A DNA stretch of 64,000 bases from Porticoccaceae bacterium (GTDB lineage: Bacteria; Pseudomonadota; Gammaproteobacteria; Pseudomonadales; Porticoccaceae), in NCBI GenBank assembly GCA_038150705.1, contig JAYOUA010000001.1, forward strand, positions 39,673-103,672. Direction: 5' to 3'. The stretch's first letter is position 1. Every line of letters begins with the position of its first letter. The notes beneath the pieces were generated by a model that worked only from the letters and a program-made list of their open reading frames with translations, had not been told where the DNA came from and did no database searches. The translations under genes and the position numbers were made by a program. Positions 9,656 through 19,457 of the stretch are shown piece by piece.

Positions 9656-10608
9656 CAGGCTGAGGCGACAGTTTCCAGTAAAGTATCGATAACCTGGTTG
9701 GCGGTGACCCCGCTGGCCTCTGCCTCAAAGCTGAGAATTAGGCGGTGGCGCAGCACATCGTGGGCCACAGAGCGAATATCATCCGGGGTGACAAAGTCAC
9801 GGCCCTGTAGCCAAGCCATTGCCCGACTGCAGCGATCCAGCGCTATGGTGGCGCGCGGGCTGGCACCGTAGTCGAGCCAGTTGGCGAGATCGCCGCCGTA
9901 GTGCTTGGCGTCGCGAGTGGCGAGAATCAGCTGAACCAAATACTCTTCAACCGCTTCGGTCATATGCACGGCCAGAGCCTCTTTGCGCGCAGCAAAGAGC
10001 AATTCCTGGGTGAGCAAATCAATGCCCTGAGTTTTTTCCTGCAGGGATTCCCTGCGGGTAAGTTGCAGAATAAGGTGCTCGCTTTCCGGTGCCGGGTAGT
10101 CGACCATAATATGCATTAAAAAACGATCCATCTGTGCTTCCGGAAGCGGGTAGGTACCTTCCTGTTCGATGGGGTTCTGGGTGGCCATAACCATAAACAG
10201 CGCCGGTAGCTGGTAGGTAGTGCCGCCGACGGAGACCTGGCGTTCGGCCATCGCTTCAAGCAGAGCCGACTGAACCTTAGCCGGCGCGCGGTTAATTTCA
10301 TCGGCAAGAACCAGGTTGTGAAACAGCGGGCCAGCCTGAAACTCAAAGTTTCCCTGTTGGGGTCGGTATATATCGCTGCCGGTAATATCGGCTGGAAGCA
10401 GGTCAGGGGTAAATTGAACCCGCTGGAAGTCGCCCTCGATACCTTCGGAGAGAGTTTTGATGGCCTTGGTCTTGGCCAGTCCCGGCGCGCCTTCGACAAG
10501 CAGGTGGCCGTCGGCCAAAAGGGCGATGATTAGGCGCTCGACAAGATGATTTTGGCCGACGATCTGCTCGTTGAGCCAGTCTTTTAGAAGATGGATTTTC
10601 TGGTGCAA
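9655..10608 (-). CDS. moxR: MoxR-family AAA+ ATPase
   Basis: EGAPGLAKT, RVQFTPDLLPAD, LADEINRAPAKVQSALLEAM, ATQNPIEQEGTYPLPEAQMDRF. Confidence 0.95.
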   Translation of the reverse strand: MHQKIHLLKDWLNEQIVGQNHLVERLIIALLADGHLLVEGAPGLAKTKAIKTLSEGIEGDFQRVQFTPDLLPADITGSDIYRPQQGNFEFQAGPLFHNLVLADEINRAPAKVQSALLEAMAERQVSVGGTTYQLPALFMVMATQNPIEQEGTYPLPEAQMDRFLMHIMVDYPAPESEHLILQLTRRESLQEKTQGIDLLTQELLFAARKEALAVHMTEAVEEYLVQLILATRDAKHYGGDLANWLDYGASPRATIALDRCSRAMAWLQGRDFVTPDDIRSVAHDVLRHRLILSFEAEASGVTANQVIDTLLETVASA

Positions 10609-10714
10609 AAGATTCCCCTGTTACCTTCGATAAGGCTGTGAACTGCAAAAAATTGGGCCTATTCTAGTGCCACAATTATTAACACACAAACCGGATTTTC
10701 TGGGCTATAGTATG

Positions 10715-10731
10715 GGCATTATTTGTGCCAA
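10715..10731 (-). promoter_or_regulatory. Candidate sigma-54 -24/-12 promoter facing the moxR-bat operon
   Basis: Minus strand TTGGCACAAATAATGCC, GG-N10-GC spacing. Confidence 0.45.
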
Positions 10732-10808
10732 AGCTATTCAAAATCAGTTTGAATTTTTAAGCTGCTATTAAAGACTAAAAATTATTAAAAAGGTTGCAAA
10801 TCTTGATC

Positions 10809-13800
10809 ATGGACGTGAAAAAGAATATCGGCAGAGAAGAGCTGATAACTATTTTAAAAACAGTTTCAGCCCATAAACTGGAAGCCGCTCGGGAAGCGGC
10901 GTTTCTCAATTTTGTCACCAATGCCATGCACTTCTATCCCGATGCAGACTATCTGTTGCGCCCGGCAGAAGAGATTTTTTTTAATATTTATGGTCTCTTT
11001 AAGTTTGCCGAAAATGGCAGTGCAGACAAGCCGCTCGGCCAGGCGCGGGTAAGGGCATTTAATCCCGAGCCTGAGGTTGATGGCTGGAGCAGTCGCAACA
11101 CGATTATCTATATCAATCACCGCGATATGCCATTTCTGGTTGATTCGCTGCGCATGGCCCTCAATCGCCGCGGTCTAAATATCTTTACCCTGCAGAGTAA
11201 TCCGATCTGGGTGCTGCGCGACGGTAACGCCAAGCTCAGTGCCAGCAGCAAATCCTATATCGATGGCGCACAGCGCGAAGCCTTTATCAATATTGAGGTC
11301 GATATTCATCGTGACAGCGAGCTCGTGGAACTGCAGCGCGACCTGCTGTCGGTTCTCGAGGATGTCCAAGCTATAGTCGATGATTTTGACCCTATGCGCC
11401 AGCGCGTCGGCGAGCTTATTGAGGAGTTGACCCTGACATCGGCCCATCTTCCCGGTGCCAGCGAATCACTGGAGTTTCTGCGCTGGATTTACAACGGTTA
11501 TTTTACCTTCCTCGGCTGCGTCGAATTCGATCTGCATAAAGACAATGCTGAGCTTTATTTGCGTGAGCGGCCTGACAGTCGTCTTGGACTACTGCGTAAA
11601 TACAGTGGCGATGCACGTCAGGCGGCGATTAGTAAGCTTAGTTCCGGTGTCGTTGCGCTTTATCAGGGCGATGAAATATTAACCTTTACCAAATCCTCGC
11701 GGCGTTCGCGGGTGCACCGTGATGTCTACTCCGACTATCTGGTGGTCAAGCGCTTTGACGATAAGCAGGAGCCAATTGGTGAGGTGCGGTTCCTAGGTCT
11801 TTATACCTCGCAGTTTTATTCCTACAGCCCGAGACGCATTCCTATTCTGCGCGAAAAGGTCAACTGGGTAATGGAAAACTGCGGTTTTGACAAAAACAGT
11901 CACGATGGAAAAACCCTGCAGACGATTCTCGATTTTCATCCTCGCGATGAGCTGTTTCATCTCAGTCGTGAAGAGCTGGCCGACACCGCTATAGGTATCT
12001 GGCAGATTCAGGAGCGCCGGGTTATCAAAGTGTTTATGCACGCTGACCCCTTCGACAAATTTGTCAGCTGTATTGTCTACCTGCCCAGAGAGTCCTTTAA
12101 CACCGCGGCACGCATCAAGATTCAGCAGGCCATTGGTGCAGAGTTGGATACAGAGGAGTGCGAATTTGCCACCCAGTTCCTGCCCGAGTCGGTGCTGGTG
12201 CGTATCCATCTTGTCTATCAGCTGCGCAGTAAAAAATACCTCCAGGTTGAATGCCAGCAACTTGAAGCTCTGGTCGCCAATATCACCCGAGACTGGAGTG
12301 ACGATTTCGCTGAGCAGGCGGTTGCCCGCTGGGGAGAACGTGATGGCGGCGCTCTTGGCCGTCAGTTTCAGCGGGCATTTCCTGCCGCTTACCGGGAACT
12401 CTACACGCCTGCGCAGGCCGTCAGCGATGTGCTTTTGATCGATGAGCTTGATGATGCCGGTGACTTGGCAATTGCCTTTAATAACCTCGCGGGCGAAGAA
12501 AACCACTATTTGCAACTCAGGCTATTTCACTGGGAGTCTCCCCTAGAGCTATCAGATATGATTCCAATGCTTGAAAACCTCGGTTTTCGAGTGATGGTCG
12601 AGCACCCGTACCTTATAAAACCCGAGGCGGGCAAGCAGATTTGGCTTCAGGATTTTCGTCTGTTATTTTCTTTGGATGTCGATGTTGATGTCTCGGCGGT
12701 GCAGGGCAGTTTTAAAGATGCACTGCGCGTTGTCTGGCAAGGTGAAGCGGAAAATGACAGCTTTAACCGGCTGGTGATTGGCGCCCGACTGGATTGGCGA
12801 ACGGTGGCCATGTTGCGTCTCTATGCCCGGTATCTGAAACAGCTGGGCATAGCCTACAGCCAAGAGTTTATCGCCGACACACTAGCCCGCCATCTGGAGA
12901 TTACGCGCAATCTGGTGGCGTTGTTTAAGAGTTACTTTGATCCCCGCTATGCGGGAGACAAAAGCCGCAGTGATCGCGCGGTAGGACTTGCAGAAAAAAT
13001 TCGTCAGGGGTTGGATCAGGTTGAAAATATCAGTGAGGATATTGTTCTGCGCGGTTACCTCGAGGTTATTCAGGCGACACTGAGAACCAATTTTTTCCAG
13101 ACCTTTGAGGATGGCAGTTCCAAGTCCTATATTTCGGTTAAATTGCAGTCGGCCAAAATCTCTCTGGCACCCAGACCGCGTCCCGAGTATGAAATCTTTG
13201 TCTACTCCCCAAGGGTAGAGGGTGTCCACCTGCGCGGAGGCAAAGTGGCACGTGGCGGCTTGCGCTGGTCTGACCGCCTGGAGGATTATCGCACCGAAGT
13301 TTTGGGGTTGGTAAAAGCCCAGCAGGTTAAGAATGCAGTCATTGTACCAACCGGTGCCAAAGGCGGATTTGTTGCCAAACAGGCAACTATGGCGGCCGGT
13401 CGCGAGGCCTGGTTACAGGAGGGCATATCCAGTTATATGCTCTATGTGCAGGCGCTGCTGGACATTAGTGATAACCTGATTGAGGCTGAGGTTGTTCGCC
13501 CCGAAGATACGGTCTGTCGCGATGGCGACGATCCCTACCTGGTGGTTGCTGCGGACAAGGGCACTGCGACCTTCTCGGATACCGCCAATGAGATATCTGA
13601 AGCCAACCACTTCTGGCTTGGTGATGCCTTTGCCTCTGGCGGTGGCAATGGCTATGACCACAAAGGTATGGGGATTACTGCCCGCGGGGCATGGGTTGCT
13701 GTGCAGCGCCACTTTCGCGAGATCGGTGTGGATATTCAAAGGCAAGATTTTACCGTAGTCGGCATTGGCGATATGGGCGGCGATGTCTTTGGCAATGGCA

Positions 13801-15707
13801 TGTTGCTCTCCGAGCATATCCAACTGGTCGCAGCCTTTAACCATTTACATATCTTTGTTGATCCAAATCCGGACTCTGCTACAACCTTCGCAGAGCGCAA
13901 GCGGCTCTTCGAAACCCCGAGAAGCACCTGGGACGATTTTGATAAAGCACTGCTCTCTAAGGGTGGCGTGGTCTACTCCAGATCGAGTAAATCCCTTGAG
14001 TTAACCCCGGAAATCAGGGCGCGCTTTGATATCCAGCAGGCTGAGGTGACACCCACAGAGCTTATTGCGGCAATTCTTAAATCCTCTGTTGATCTCATTT
14101 GGAATGGCGGCATAGGCACTTATATCAAAGGCTCTGCAGAGAGCAATGCCGAGGTCGGAGATCGCGCCAACGACAGTCTGCGTGTCAATGGTCGCGACCT
14201 GCGCTGCAAGGTTGTCGGTGAGGGTGGCAATCTCGGTATGACCCAGCGCGGACGAATTGAGTTCTGTCTGCGCGGCGGAATCTGCAATACTGACTTTATT
14301 GATAATGCCGCCGGCGTGGACTGCTCAGATCACGAAGTGAATATCAAGATCCTGCTAAATAAAAAAGTGCGTGAAGGCAGCCTGTCTGAACAACAGCGCA
14401 ACCATCTTTTGGCATCGATGACCGATGAGGTTGCCGAATTGGTTCTGGATAACAATCAGCGTCAAACTCAGGCAATCAGCCTGGCCTTGCATCGCAGTCA
14501 GCAGCAGTATGCCGAATATCAGCGCTTTATGAATTGGCTTTTAGACCGGGGTCAGTTGGATCCTGAACTGGAGTTTTTACCCGGCGACGAACAGCTCAAC
14601 GATCGCCTAAGCCGCGGTGTGCCGGTCTGGACAAGACCGGAGCTGGCAGTGCTGGTCTGCTACGCAAAAGTCATGCTCAAAGAGGTATTGCAGGAGGCGG
14701 ATCTGCTCGACGATCCGGTGTTGGCCGGGGCTTTAAGGCGGGCATTTCCTGCAACCTTGGTCGAGCGCAACGGATCTGATATTGCCACGCACCAGTTGCG
14801 TCGCGAGATAGCTGCCACGCAGTTGGCTAATGATATGGTCGACAGAGGTGGATTTACGTTCTTTTTCCGTCAGGTGGAGTCTACGGGTGCCAGTGCTGGT
14901 GAAATTGTTCGCGCCTTTGTTATCAGTCTAAATATTTTGGGTATCGACAAATTATGGCAGCAGATTGAGGACAGCGAGGATAGCCTGACTGCCGGGGTGC
15001 AGTTGGATCTGTTGCATATCCTTATGCGTCTGGTGCGCCGCTCTTCGCGCTGGCTGTTGCGCAACCGCCGTCTTAATTTGCATTGCAATGAAATGATCCA
15101 GGCCATGGGCAAGCCTATGGCACTTGTATTGAGCAGATTGCCGGATTTTCATGAGAAAGAATGGACCGAGCTGTGGAATAAAGAAAAAGCTCAGCTGATC
15201 GACTGTGGTGTTGAGGAGTCACTGGCTTCAACCCTTGCTGCAGCGGACAGCATGTTTATCAGTGTTGGCACTGTCGATATGGCGCTGCGACTTCAGCAGC
15301 CTGTGGAGCTGGTTGCCCGACTGGCCTTTAAACTTGGCGAGGATCTGTCCCTGGACTGGTTTATGTCACAGATTGTCGCTCTGCAGCCGAAAAATCGCTG
15401 GCAGGATTTAGCTCGTGAGTCCTATGTCGATGATCTGGAGAGCCAGCGCCGCCAGTTGGCAACCTGCTTGCTCGAGGGTCATGACGGCGATGATATAGAG
15501 CAACTGTTTGCCAGGTGGCAAACTCAGCAGTCCCAGTTGATTGCTCGCTGGAAGGCAATGGTAGTTGAATTGCGTCTTGGCGCGCCTGACTTTGCCATGG
15601 TTTCTGTAGCGCTGCGGGAATTGTTGGATCTGGTGCAGTCTTCGGTGGATGCCATGCGATCCGAGATTGAAGGGCGTGACTCTATAAAAACCAACAAAAG
15701 TGAATAA
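10809..15707 (+). CDS. gdhB: Large NAD-specific glutamate dehydrogenase (GdhB type); likely ATG 10809 (ORF track 10794)
   Basis: ~1630 aa; ARGGLRWSDR, GLVKAQQVKNAVIVPTGAKGGF, VVAADKGTATFSD, GYDHKGMGITARGAW. Confidence 0.95.
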   Translation: MDVKKNIGREELITILKTVSAHKLEAAREAAFLNFVTNAMHFYPDADYLLRPAEEIFFNIYGLFKFAENGSADKPLGQARVRAFNPEPEVDGWSSRNTIIYINHRDMPFLVDSLRMALNRRGLNIFTLQSNPIWVLRDGNAKLSASSKSYIDGAQREAFINIEVDIHRDSELVELQRDLLSVLEDVQAIVDDFDPMRQRVGELIEELTLTSAHLPGASESLEFLRWIYNGYFTFLGCVEFDLHKDNAELYLRERPDSRLGLLRKYSGDARQAAISKLSSGVVALYQGDEILTFTKSSRRSRVHRDVYSDYLVVKRFDDKQEPIGEVRFLGLYTSQFYSYSPRRIPILREKVNWVMENCGFDKNSHDGKTLQTILDFHPRDELFHLSREELADTAIGIWQIQERRVIKVFMHADPFDKFVSCIVYLPRESFNTAARIKIQQAIGAELDTEECEFATQFLPESVLVRIHLVYQLRSKKYLQVECQQLEALVANITRDWSDDFAEQAVARWGERDGGALGRQFQRAFPAAYRELYTPAQAVSDVLLIDELDDAGDLAIAFNNLAGEENHYLQLRLFHWESPLELSDMIPMLENLGFRVMVEHPYLIKPEAGKQIWLQDFRLLFSLDVDVDVSAVQGSFKDALRVVWQGEAENDSFNRLVIGARLDWRTVAMLRLYARYLKQLGIAYSQEFIADTLARHLEITRNLVALFKSYFDPRYAGDKSRSDRAVGLAEKIRQGLDQVENISEDIVLRGYLEVIQATLRTNFFQTFEDGSSKSYISVKLQSAKISLAPRPRPEYEIFVYSPRVEGVHLRGGKVARGGLRWSDRLEDYRTEVLGLVKAQQVKNAVIVPTGAKGGFVAKQATMAAGREAWLQEGISSYMLYVQALLDISDNLIEAEVVRPEDTVCRDGDDPYLVVAADKGTATFSDTANEISEANHFWLGDAFASGGGNGYDHKGMGITARGAWVAVQRHFREIGVDIQRQDFTVVGIGDMGGDVFGNGMLLSEHIQLVAAFNHLHIFVDPNPDSATTFAERKRLFETPRSTWDDFDKALLSKGGVVYSRSSKSLELTPEIRARFDIQQAEVTPTELIAAILKSSVDLIWNGGIGTYIKGSAESNAEVGDRANDSLRVNGRDLRCKVVGEGGNLGMTQRGRIEFCLRGGICNTDFIDNAAGVDCSDHEVNIKILLNKKVREGSLSEQQRNHLLASMTDEVAELVLDNNQRQTQAISLALHRSQQQYAEYQRFMNWLLDRGQLDPELEFLPGDEQLNDRLSRGVPVWTRPELAVLVCYAKVMLKEVLQEADLLDDPVLAGALRRAFPATLVERNGSDIATHQLRREIAATQLANDMVDRGGFTFFFRQVESTGASAGEIVRAFVISLNILGIDKLWQQIEDSEDSLTAGVQLDLLHILMRLVRRSSRWLLRNRRLNLHCNEMIQAMGKPMALVLSRLPDFHEKEWTELWNKEKAQLIDCGVEESLASTLAAADSMFISVGTVDMALRLQQPVELVARLAFKLGEDLSLDWFMSQIVALQPKNRWQDLARESYVDDLESQRRQLATCLLEGHDGDDIEQLFARWQTQQSQLIARWKAMVVELRLGAPDFAMVSVALRELLDLVQSSVDAMRSEIEGRDSIKTNKSE

Positions 15708-15825
15708 CAGTCAAAAGCAGCCCCGATAACTCTGCTAACGGCTGAAATGCTAATCGCTACAGTGCTTATCCGGATTTTTCGACTGAGCAAGTTGACGAGA
15801 GAGCTGAGCATAAATCAATGCGCAT

Positions 15826-15860
15826 AAAAAAGGCCGCAACTGCACATGAGTTGCGGCCTT
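15826..15860 (-). terminator. Rho-independent terminator of rmf (possibly bidirectional with gdhB)
   Basis: Perfect 12-bp stem AAGGCCGCAACT/AGTTGCGGCCTT with U-tract on the minus strand. Confidence 0.85.
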
Positions 15861-15989
15861 GGTGTTGGCCCATCACAAATATCAAAGTTTGCTGAGCCGG
15901 AAGCGGGACTTATCCCGCTTAATTCTGTGTTTGTCGATGTTGCGGGCATACCCCGCAAAGTGGAGTTACTTGTTTACATTAAAAGCGTG

Positions 15990-16196
15990 TTATAAGTTGG
16001 CCGCTTTCTGTTGAAAGCTGGCCTGATTAAATCCATTCCAATAATCCACTCGGCCCTCGCGCCAACCCCGTGTCCAGTGGTAGGCCATTGTGGTGTTTTC
16101 CTGGTAGGGAATAACAGAGAGAGAGCGTCCCTGGGTAGCGGCCTGATAGCCTTTTACAAATGAACGGTGTTGTGGATCTCTTTTATGTTTTTTCAC
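15990..16196 (-). CDS. rmf: Ribosome modulation factor
   Basis: 68 aa, MKKHKRD...KGYQAA..GRS...W.RGWREG; SD AGGAG 6 nt before GTG. Confidence 0.9.
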   Translation of the reverse strand: MKKHKRDPQHRSFVKGYQAATQGRSLSVIPYQENTTMAYHWTRGWREGRVDYWNGFNQASFQQKAANL

Positions 16197-16411
16197 TTAT
16201 ATCTCCTAACGGTTGATGTAGGAAACCGACACTCAGCTTGAAAAACATGCTGAGAGCAGTTTTTATCAAACAAATTTGTGTAAAGAGCGATAGAATGAGC
16301 GCGTTCTTTAGCGCTGGCTATAGTTCAGCAAATTCTGCCGACCCTGTCGAAGATTTTGTTAATCTATACAGCGCGCGTTTTAATCCTGAAAGTAATAAAA
16401 GGATCCTATTT

Positions 16412-18589
16412 GTGTCATCAAATTCGCTGGAGCAGGCCTGGCTAGCTACCTGTCCCAAAGGGCTCGAGCAATTACTCGCCCAGGAGTTACAGGACCTCGG
16501 TGCCAAGAGCACCAAAGAGACCGTCGCCGCAGTGCACTTTTATGGTCCGCGGGAATTGGCCTATCGCGCCTGCCTGTGGTCGCGCCTCGCCAACCGGGTG
16601 CTGATGCCCCTGCACCAATTTATGCTTAATGAGACCGACCAGCTCTATCAGGAATGTCTGGATATTCCCTGGGAAGCACATTTCGGTGCAGCACAGACCA
16701 TTGCTATCGACTTTATTGGTACCTCGCGGCTCATTGATAACACCATGTATGGCTCGCAGCGGGTAAAGGATGCGATTGTTGACCGTATCCGGCGCGAAGA
16801 GGGTGAGCGGCCCAGTGTAGATACCAGAAATCCTGATATTCGAATTCAGGTGCGCCAGCACAAGGGGCAGGTCACTGTCTCTCTTGATATCTCTGGTGAG
16901 AGCCTGCACCGTCGCGGTTACAGAACCGGGCAGGGCAGTGCGCCAATCAAAGAGAATCTTGCCGCTGCGCTACTGTTGCGTGCGGGCTGGCCGCAGATGA
17001 TGAAAAACGGTGCGGCACTTCTCGACCCCATGTGTGGTAGTGCAACCTTGATTATTGAAGGTGCGATGATGGCGGCAGATATCGCCCCGGGCCTGCTGCG
17101 TGAGCGCTATGGCTTCAGCGACTGGAAGCAGCATGATCTGGAACTCTGGCAGAGAGTTGTCGATGAGGCTGAGCAGCGCAAGGCTGACGGACTGGAAGCG
17201 CTGGCACTGGATTTTCGCGGTTACGATGCCAACCCGCGAGTGCTTGAATTTGCCACATTGAATATTGAAAAAGCCGGACTGGATGAACATATCCGTCTCG
17301 CCCATAAGCCTCTAGATCAGTTTGGCAAGGCAACGGCTGACTATGGCCTGCTAATTACCAATCCACCCTACGGCGAGCGTCTCGGTGATGTGGATGGCCT
17401 GATTCCCATCTACCAAAAGCTTGGGGCAGTGCTGCAAAAGAACTTTCAGGGCTGGAAGGCCGGAATCTTTACCGGCAATGTCGAATTGGGTCGCGAGACT
17501 GATTTGACGCCGACTAAACAGTACAAATTCTACAATGGCACCATAGCCTGCAAACTGTTGATCTTTGAAGATATGACCTCGCGATCGGCAAAGATTGAAG
17601 AGCGCCTGAATACACCTGCGCCCGCCCAGGTATTGACCGAGGGTGCCAAGATGGTGCTCAACCGCTTGATCAAAAACCAGCGCAGGCTCAACAAGTGGTT
17701 AAATAAAACCGATACCAGCTGCTATCGCCTCTATGATGCCGATATTCCCGAATATGCAGTGGCCATCGATATTTATGAAGACGCAGTGCATGTTCAGGAA
17801 TATGCGCCGCCAGGTACCATTGATGATCGCCTGGCCCGGGAGCGCTTTGCCGAGGTTAAGCAGGCGGTTAAGGAGTTTGCCTCGGAAGTCGACGGTCAGA
17901 TTCACTACAAAGAGCGCCGCCGCCAAAAAGGAGATAGTCAGTACCAGCGATTTAATCAAGGATCCAGTGACACCATGATTGTCTACGAGGGCAGGGCGCA
18001 GTTTGAGGCTAACCTATCAGACTATCTGGATACCGGGCTATTTCTTGACCACCGCCCGGTGCGGCGAATGGTTGCCGATCTGGCCAGAGGCAAGAGTCTG
18101 TTAAATCTGTTCTGTTACACCGCAGCGGTCTCCGTGCAGGCTGCTCTCGGTGGCGCCAGTCGTACCCTGAGTATCGATATGTCCAATACCTATTTAGATT
18201 GGGCGCAGCGCAATTTCGATTTAAATAAACTCAGTGAAAAAAATCACCATCTGCTGCGCGCAGACTGCCTGAAATGGCTGCAGACGGATGGCGAAAAGTT
18301 CGATGTTATTTTTCTCGATCCACCGACTTTCTCAAATTCGAAAAAGATGGATTCGGTACTGGATATACAGCGTGATCACGGCGAGCTGATTCGCAACTCC
18401 ATGGCCAAACTCGCTGACGATGGCGTATTGATTTTCTCCAATAACTTCCGCAAATTTAAGATGGATGAGCTGACCCTGCGCCAGTTTAATTGTGAGAATA
18501 TTACTCCCCAGACACTGGATATGGATTTTGAGCGCAATCCCCGTATTCACAATGTCTGGAAGATCACTAGGCGCAGCAGTTTTGGCTAA
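16412..18589 (+). CDS. rlmKL: Bifunctional 23S rRNA m2G2445/m7G2069 methyltransferase; likely GTG 16412 (ORF track 16238)
   Basis: ATCPKGLEQLL, ESLHRRGYR, APIKENLAAA, DPMCGSAT, NPPYGER, DTGLFLDHR, DPPTFSNSK; AAGGA SD before 16412. Confidence 0.95.
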   Translation: MSSNSLEQAWLATCPKGLEQLLAQELQDLGAKSTKETVAAVHFYGPRELAYRACLWSRLANRVLMPLHQFMLNETDQLYQECLDIPWEAHFGAAQTIAIDFIGTSRLIDNTMYGSQRVKDAIVDRIRREEGERPSVDTRNPDIRIQVRQHKGQVTVSLDISGESLHRRGYRTGQGSAPIKENLAAALLLRAGWPQMMKNGAALLDPMCGSATLIIEGAMMAADIAPGLLRERYGFSDWKQHDLELWQRVVDEAEQRKADGLEALALDFRGYDANPRVLEFATLNIEKAGLDEHIRLAHKPLDQFGKATADYGLLITNPPYGERLGDVDGLIPIYQKLGAVLQKNFQGWKAGIFTGNVELGRETDLTPTKQYKFYNGTIACKLLIFEDMTSRSAKIEERLNTPAPAQVLTEGAKMVLNRLIKNQRRLNKWLNKTDTSCYRLYDADIPEYAVAIDIYEDAVHVQEYAPPGTIDDRLARERFAEVKQAVKEFASEVDGQIHYKERRRQKGDSQYQRFNQGSSDTMIVYEGRAQFEANLSDYLDTGLFLDHRPVRRMVADLARGKSLLNLFCYTAAVSVQAALGGASRTLSIDMSNTYLDWAQRNFDLNKLSEKNHHLLRADCLKWLQTDGEKFDVIFLDPPTFSNSKKMDSVLDIQRDHGELIRNSMAKLADDGVLIFSNNFRKFKMDELTLRQFNCENITPQTLDMDFERNPRIHNVWKITRRSSFG

Positions 18590-18827
18590 TCGGTTAACCA
18601 TCTACAGCGGCCCTAACTGCCATCTATGTGAGCAGGCCAAGATGATTCTCTATCCGCTGTTAGCAGAAAAGGGTTGGGATCTTTTTGAGGTCAATATTCA
18701 GGATAGTGAGGCTCTTAAGGAAAAGTACGCTATTCGAATTCCGGTTGTCGCACTGCCCAATGGCGATGAAAAGGGCTGGCCGTTTACCGCTGCGCAGATT
18801 GGTCGGATGATCGATAGCTGTTCCTAA
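18582..18827 (+). CDS. Glutaredoxin-like protein (DUF836 type); likely TTG 18582
   Basis: YSGPNCHLC CxxC motif and RIPV cis-Pro motif. Confidence 0.8.
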   Translation: MANRLTIYSGPNCHLCEQAKMILYPLLAEKGWDLFEVNIQDSEALKEKYAIRIPVVALPNGDEKGWPFTAAQIGRMIDSCS

Positions 18828-19276
18828 GGGTTAAACTGCGCCACATACCTGTCCAGCGCATTGGCAAACTCCATACGATCACGCTGGGTCAATGGCGGCG
18901 GTCCGCCGCCAACCTGCACACCGCTGCTGCGCATACTGTCCATAAAATCACGCATATTCAGCCGCGCTTTAATGTTCGCTTTGTTGTAAAGCTCACCACG
19001 TGGATTTAGCGCCTTGCCGCCCTTGTCAATTACCTCCGAGGCCAGGGGAATATCCGCAGTAATCACCAGGTCATCTTTTTCCACCAGCTGGACTATATGA
19101 TCATCAGCTACATCAAAACCCGAGCTGACTTGAATGGATCGTACACTGGGAATTCGCGGGGTTGAGAGTGGCTGGTTGGCAACCAAAATCAGTTCAATAC
19201 CGGTGCGCTGTGATGCCCGGTAGAGAATATCCTTGATCACAGTCGGGCATGCATCGGCATCTACATAAATTTTCAC
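18824..19276 (-). CDS. yaiI: YaiI/YqxD (DUF188) family protein
   Basis: [31 protein letters not shown]. Confidence 0.9.
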   Translation of the reverse strand: MKIYVDADACPTVIKDILYRASQRTGIELILVANQPLSTPRIPSVRSIQVSSGFDVADDHIVQLVEKDDLVITADIPLASEVIDKGGKALNPRGELYNKANIKARLNMRDFMDSMRSSGVQVGGGPPPLTQRDRMEFANALDRYVAQFNP

Positions 19277-19363
19277 AGGCTTTCTCGGCTATTTATTAAT
19301 GGCGCTGTTATAGGGTTCTTGGGATCCAATTGCAACCTTTGCTTTATTCGCCAAGGGGTGGGC

Positions 19364-19391
19364 TTGTAACTCATTGCATACAGAGTAAAAT
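19364..19391 (+). promoter_or_regulatory. Candidate sigma-70 promoter of thrS
   Basis: TTGTAA-16-TAAAAT followed by GC-rich discriminator GGCGCGC. Confidence 0.5.
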
Positions 19392-19415
19392 GGCGCGCTT
19401 ATTCAAATAAACTCA

Positions 19416-19442
19416 AGTGGCCCCTGGTATGGGTCACCACTG
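19416..19442 (+). promoter_or_regulatory. thrS translational operator hairpin (tRNA-Thr anticodon-arm mimic)
   Basis: GTGGCCC-CTGGTAT-GGGTCAC just upstream of the SD; the TGGGTCACCACTG segment matches the E. coli thrS leader as I recall it. Confidence 0.75.
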
Positions 19443-19457
19443 AAAAAGGAAAGCATT

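Noticed and set aside
10651-10672. Second TGGCAC motif upstream of moxR as a sigma-54 site
   Set aside because: GG-to-GC spacing is 11 rather than 10 (TGGCACTAGAATAGGC); better explained as a sigma-70 -10 TAGAAT
16238-16411. 58-aa N-terminal extension of RlmKL in the ORF track
   Set aside because: Overlaps the rmf leader/promoter; an SD and GTG at 16412 fit the family start
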